Origin: an uncultured Candidatus Saccharibacteria bacterium
Lineage (GTDB): Bacteria > Patescibacteriota > Saccharimonadia > Saccharimonadales > CAYOYH01
NCBI GenBank assembly: GCA_964579475.1
Contig: CAZOFP010000002.1
Coordinates: forward strand, 8,507-59,691
Length of the DNA stretch: 51,185 bases
Direction of reading: 5' to 3'
Position numbers and translations under genes: made by a program. Shown in pieces: positions 49,372-51,185 of the stretch. How positions within the stretch are numbered: position 1 is the stretch's first letter; each line of letters begins with the position of its first letter. The notes below the pieces were generated by a model. It saw nothing but the letters and a program-made list of their open reading frames with translations, did not search any database and had not been told where the DNA came from.

Positions 49372-49633
49372 TAACAGTTGCTAAGATGTCTTCTTCTTTG
49401 ACTAATATATACTCGGTGCCGTCAATTTTTACTTCTGTGGTTGAGTACTCTTTATAAAGAATCTTCTCACCTTTTTTCAAGGTTTTAACATCCTTGCCGA
49501 CAGCTAAAACTGTGGCAACTTTTGATTTTTCTTTAGCATTGTCTGGCAGATACAGTCCGGAAGCTGTCTTGGCTTCGGTCTTTAGCCCTTCGGCTACTAC
49601 CCAATCTGCTAGGGGGTTAATGTTTAAGCCCAT
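49367..49633 (-). CDS. groS: Co-chaperonin GroES
   Basis: INPLADWVV, KTASGLYLPD, VLAVG, EEDILA; GGAGG RBS before ATG 49633. Confidence 0.96.
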   Translation of the reverse strand: MGLNINPLADWVVAEGLKTEAKTASGLYLPDNAKEKSKVATVLAVGKDVKTLKKGEKILYKEYSTTEVKIDGTEYILVKEEDILATVS

Positions 49634-49667
49634 ACGTTCCTCCAAAAATTATTATTCTTGCCCAAAC

Positions 49668-49703
49668 AATTATAAATTAGCACTCTCATACGTCAAGTGC
49701 TAA
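49668..49703 (-). promoter_or_regulatory. CIRCE (HrcA operator, 49677-49703) overlapping the groES sigma70 promoter
   Basis: TTAGCACTC-N9-AAGTGCTAA (1 mismatch to consensus); on the - strand TTGACG-16-TATAAT. Confidence 0.92.
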
Positions 49704-49800
49704 TTTACTCTTTTGCCACTCAAAGCTAGGCTTGCTGTGTCAAATATACCGCCTATGACTTCTTGCGGGGCAACTGGCTTATCAGCCGGAACCGGGTGAA

Positions 49801-50238
49801 TTATGATAGGGCCGGCTTTAACAGTTCTTCCATTTTTTCGTCGTAGTTATTAACAAGTAAAGCAACTCTCGACAAATAGCTGCCGTTCTCTCCAATAACC
49901 TCCTCAAGAACTACCTCATATCTTTTGTCTGATGTTGCTCGAGCTATCCCAATGTCTGCTAGGTTTATGCTGTTGGCGACTTTCTGTGATGGTTGTGTAA
50001 CTTCAACTCTTAACGTGTACTTGTTCTGAGTTCCCTCTTCAGTTTCTTTCTGATTGCGCCGAAAACTGTACTTTAAACTTGAGTTTCTTCCTCCGCTAGG
50101 AGTAATTGCAAAGGTCGGAAACACGTTCTGATGCACTTCTTGTTTAGTCAGCCGCTTCGAAAACACTCCGAGCAAAGCCTCGTAGAACTGATTCCACGGC
50201 GTGAATGTCTCAACTTCTTTACTTTCTGGTCCAGTCAT
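49801..50238 (-). CDS. Hypothetical protein
   Basis: 145-aa ORF; no motif recognised. Confidence 0.7.
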   Translation of the reverse strand: MTGPESKEVETFTPWNQFYEALLGVFSKRLTKQEVHQNVFPTFAITPSGGRNSSLKYSFRRNQKETEEGTQNKYTLRVEVTQPSQKVANSINLADIGIARATSDKRYEVVLEEVIGENGSYLSRVALLVNNYDEKMEELLKPALS

Positions 50239-50306
50239 GACATTGATAGTATACCAATACTATATCTATCAGAACATGTTTCTGGACATATTCGCAATTT
50301 AATTGC

Positions 50307-50335
50307 TTGACATTTATGCTTACTCCTAGTACTGT
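50307..50335 (+). promoter_or_regulatory. Sigma70-type promoter P1
   Basis: TTGACA(50307-12)-17 bp-TACTGT(50330-35). Confidence 0.6.
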
Positions 50336-50340
50336 TACAG

Positions 50341-50795
50341 CCCGAAATCGAACCTTTGATGTCGGTTGGTCACAATAGATGTAGTGCGCGCTAAAGTGTT
50401 TATGCACTCACAGTGCATCTAGTGAAGTCCGTACTAAACCCGACCTAATGGTCGCAAGCATCGATTGAACATTAAGTTTTGAATTCCTGGGAGAGGTGGT
50501 TCCAAGGGGCCTCCCTCAGGAGCGCTGGCGAGAGACTCTGCGGTCTCATTGACCTGGCGTGGCTGCCGATTGCGGTAACACCGTGACTTACACTTAGCGA
50601 ATATCGTTTCCTCTCGAGGAGCGAACACTCGCCCAACAGTCACAGTCGTAATCGGCAGCCCATTCTTGTTTCCTTCCTATGTGATTTATTCGTTTATCGC
50701 ACGCCCCGAAGTAGAAACAAGCATCACATCTCGAGTAGTAGCTCATAACCTCACTCCCACACTTTATGACTACACCACTACTCGAGATTTTTCTT
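50341..50795 (+). ncRNA. Candidate structured non-coding RNA, family unknown
   Basis: ORF-free on +; multiple stems including a ~100-nt nested rod at 50560-50660; bounded by promoter P1 and a T-tailed hairpin. Confidence 0.5.
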
Positions 50796-50796
50796 T
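50728..50796 (+). terminator. Long hairpin with T-tract
   Basis: atctcgagtagt / actactcgagat perfect 12-bp IR plus inner tcataa/ttatga, followed by ttttcttt. Confidence 0.6.
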
Positions 50797-50823
50797 GACA
50801 TTATTCGATTAAAGTTGTACATT
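50795..50823 (+). promoter_or_regulatory. Sigma70-type promoter P2
   Basis: TTGACA(50795-800)-17 bp-TACATT(50818-23). Confidence 0.6.
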
Positions 50824-51053
50824 AGCGTTTAAGTGAAGGTACTTAAGTCTCAAGTAGAGCTTTGCTTTCGCACATTCACAAACAAAGGAGATAATCATCG
50901 ACAGGAGACCTTACAAGTCTCCCGACAAAGTGACTCGTAGACGTTTGAATTTCCGAAAGGAAGTCGTGCGTTTGAAACGGGTACTCGGCAGTAAATCTGT
51001 CCCGAAAGCCGACTGGATTCGGTAGAAAAAACCCTACCGAGAGAGGAAAACCC

Positions 51054-51185
51054 TTGGAACTATGCACAGTCGAGTATCTTCTTGATGACGGCACAATCAT
51101 TGTCGTATCAGGAGGAAAAGCAAAACCTGTGACACCTTCCGCAGAGGCGGAAGACAAGAGTTCAATCGACGACCCTAGCGCAGAT
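51054..51185 (+). CDS. Start of a hypothetical protein (MELCTVEYLLDDGTIIVVSGGKAKPV...), truncated by window edge
   Basis: TTG start 6 nt after GAGAGGA; frame open to the end; the - ORF 50876-51157 is partly its shadow. Confidence 0.5.
   Translation, partial: MELCTVEYLLDDGTIIVVSGGKAKPVTPSAEAEDKSSIDDPSAD

Noticed and set aside
2355-49645. Alternative genetic code (TGA=Gly, as in Gracilibacteria/Absconditabacteria)
   Set aside because: Conserved genes (ychF, ftsK, gdhA, dnaG) end at TGA at their expected C-termini, and none has an internal TGA.
50219-50643. - strand ORFs 50219..50407 and 50434..50643
   Set aside because: No RBS, atypical composition, and they overlap the promoter and structured region that is better explained as + strand RNA.
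50341-50795. Assignment as SRP RNA, RNase P RNA or tmRNA
   Set aside because: Their signature motifs were not found by eye on either strand; left unassigned.

Overview
Core-genome segment of a small-genome bacterium, most likely Patescibacteria/CPR (Saccharimonadia-like). This is inferred from gene content, compact intergenics and protein signatures; TGA is used as a stop, so the code is 11. Most of the window is housekeeping genes on the minus strand: rpsF-ssb-rpsR-(four-helix bundle)-efp-tlyA, rnj-ftsK, DHH-truB-rpsO-pnp-udg, polA-HAD-mutM-holA, dnaG-rpoD, orn, gdhA, argS, folA, pgi/pmi and groES-groEL with a CIRCE. Accessory stretches lie at 1-2.3 kb, 31.5-32.6 kb, 34.5-43.5 kb and 49.8-51.2 kb. 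The most unusual signals are non-coding: (1) a promoter-bounded, ORF-free, highly structured ~340-450 nt candidate ncRNA at 50.34-50.79 kb, followed by a second promoter and a structured ~220-nt leader; (2) a tRNA-Ser locus where two related small elements sit at tRNA T-arm/3' ends, one disrupting a second tRNA-Ser; (3) three loci of inverted, degenerate 7-bp arrays, one bracketing a four-helix-bundle (IVS/bAvd-like) gene and one 'empty' between groES and groEL; (4) a 126-bp palindromic element between ssb and rpsR. Also seen: loss of metal-ligand cysteines in DnaG, UDG and S18, a G7-tract frameshift, and an unannotated 51-aa pilin-like gene. All calls come from reading the sequence; no database searches or folding programs were run.
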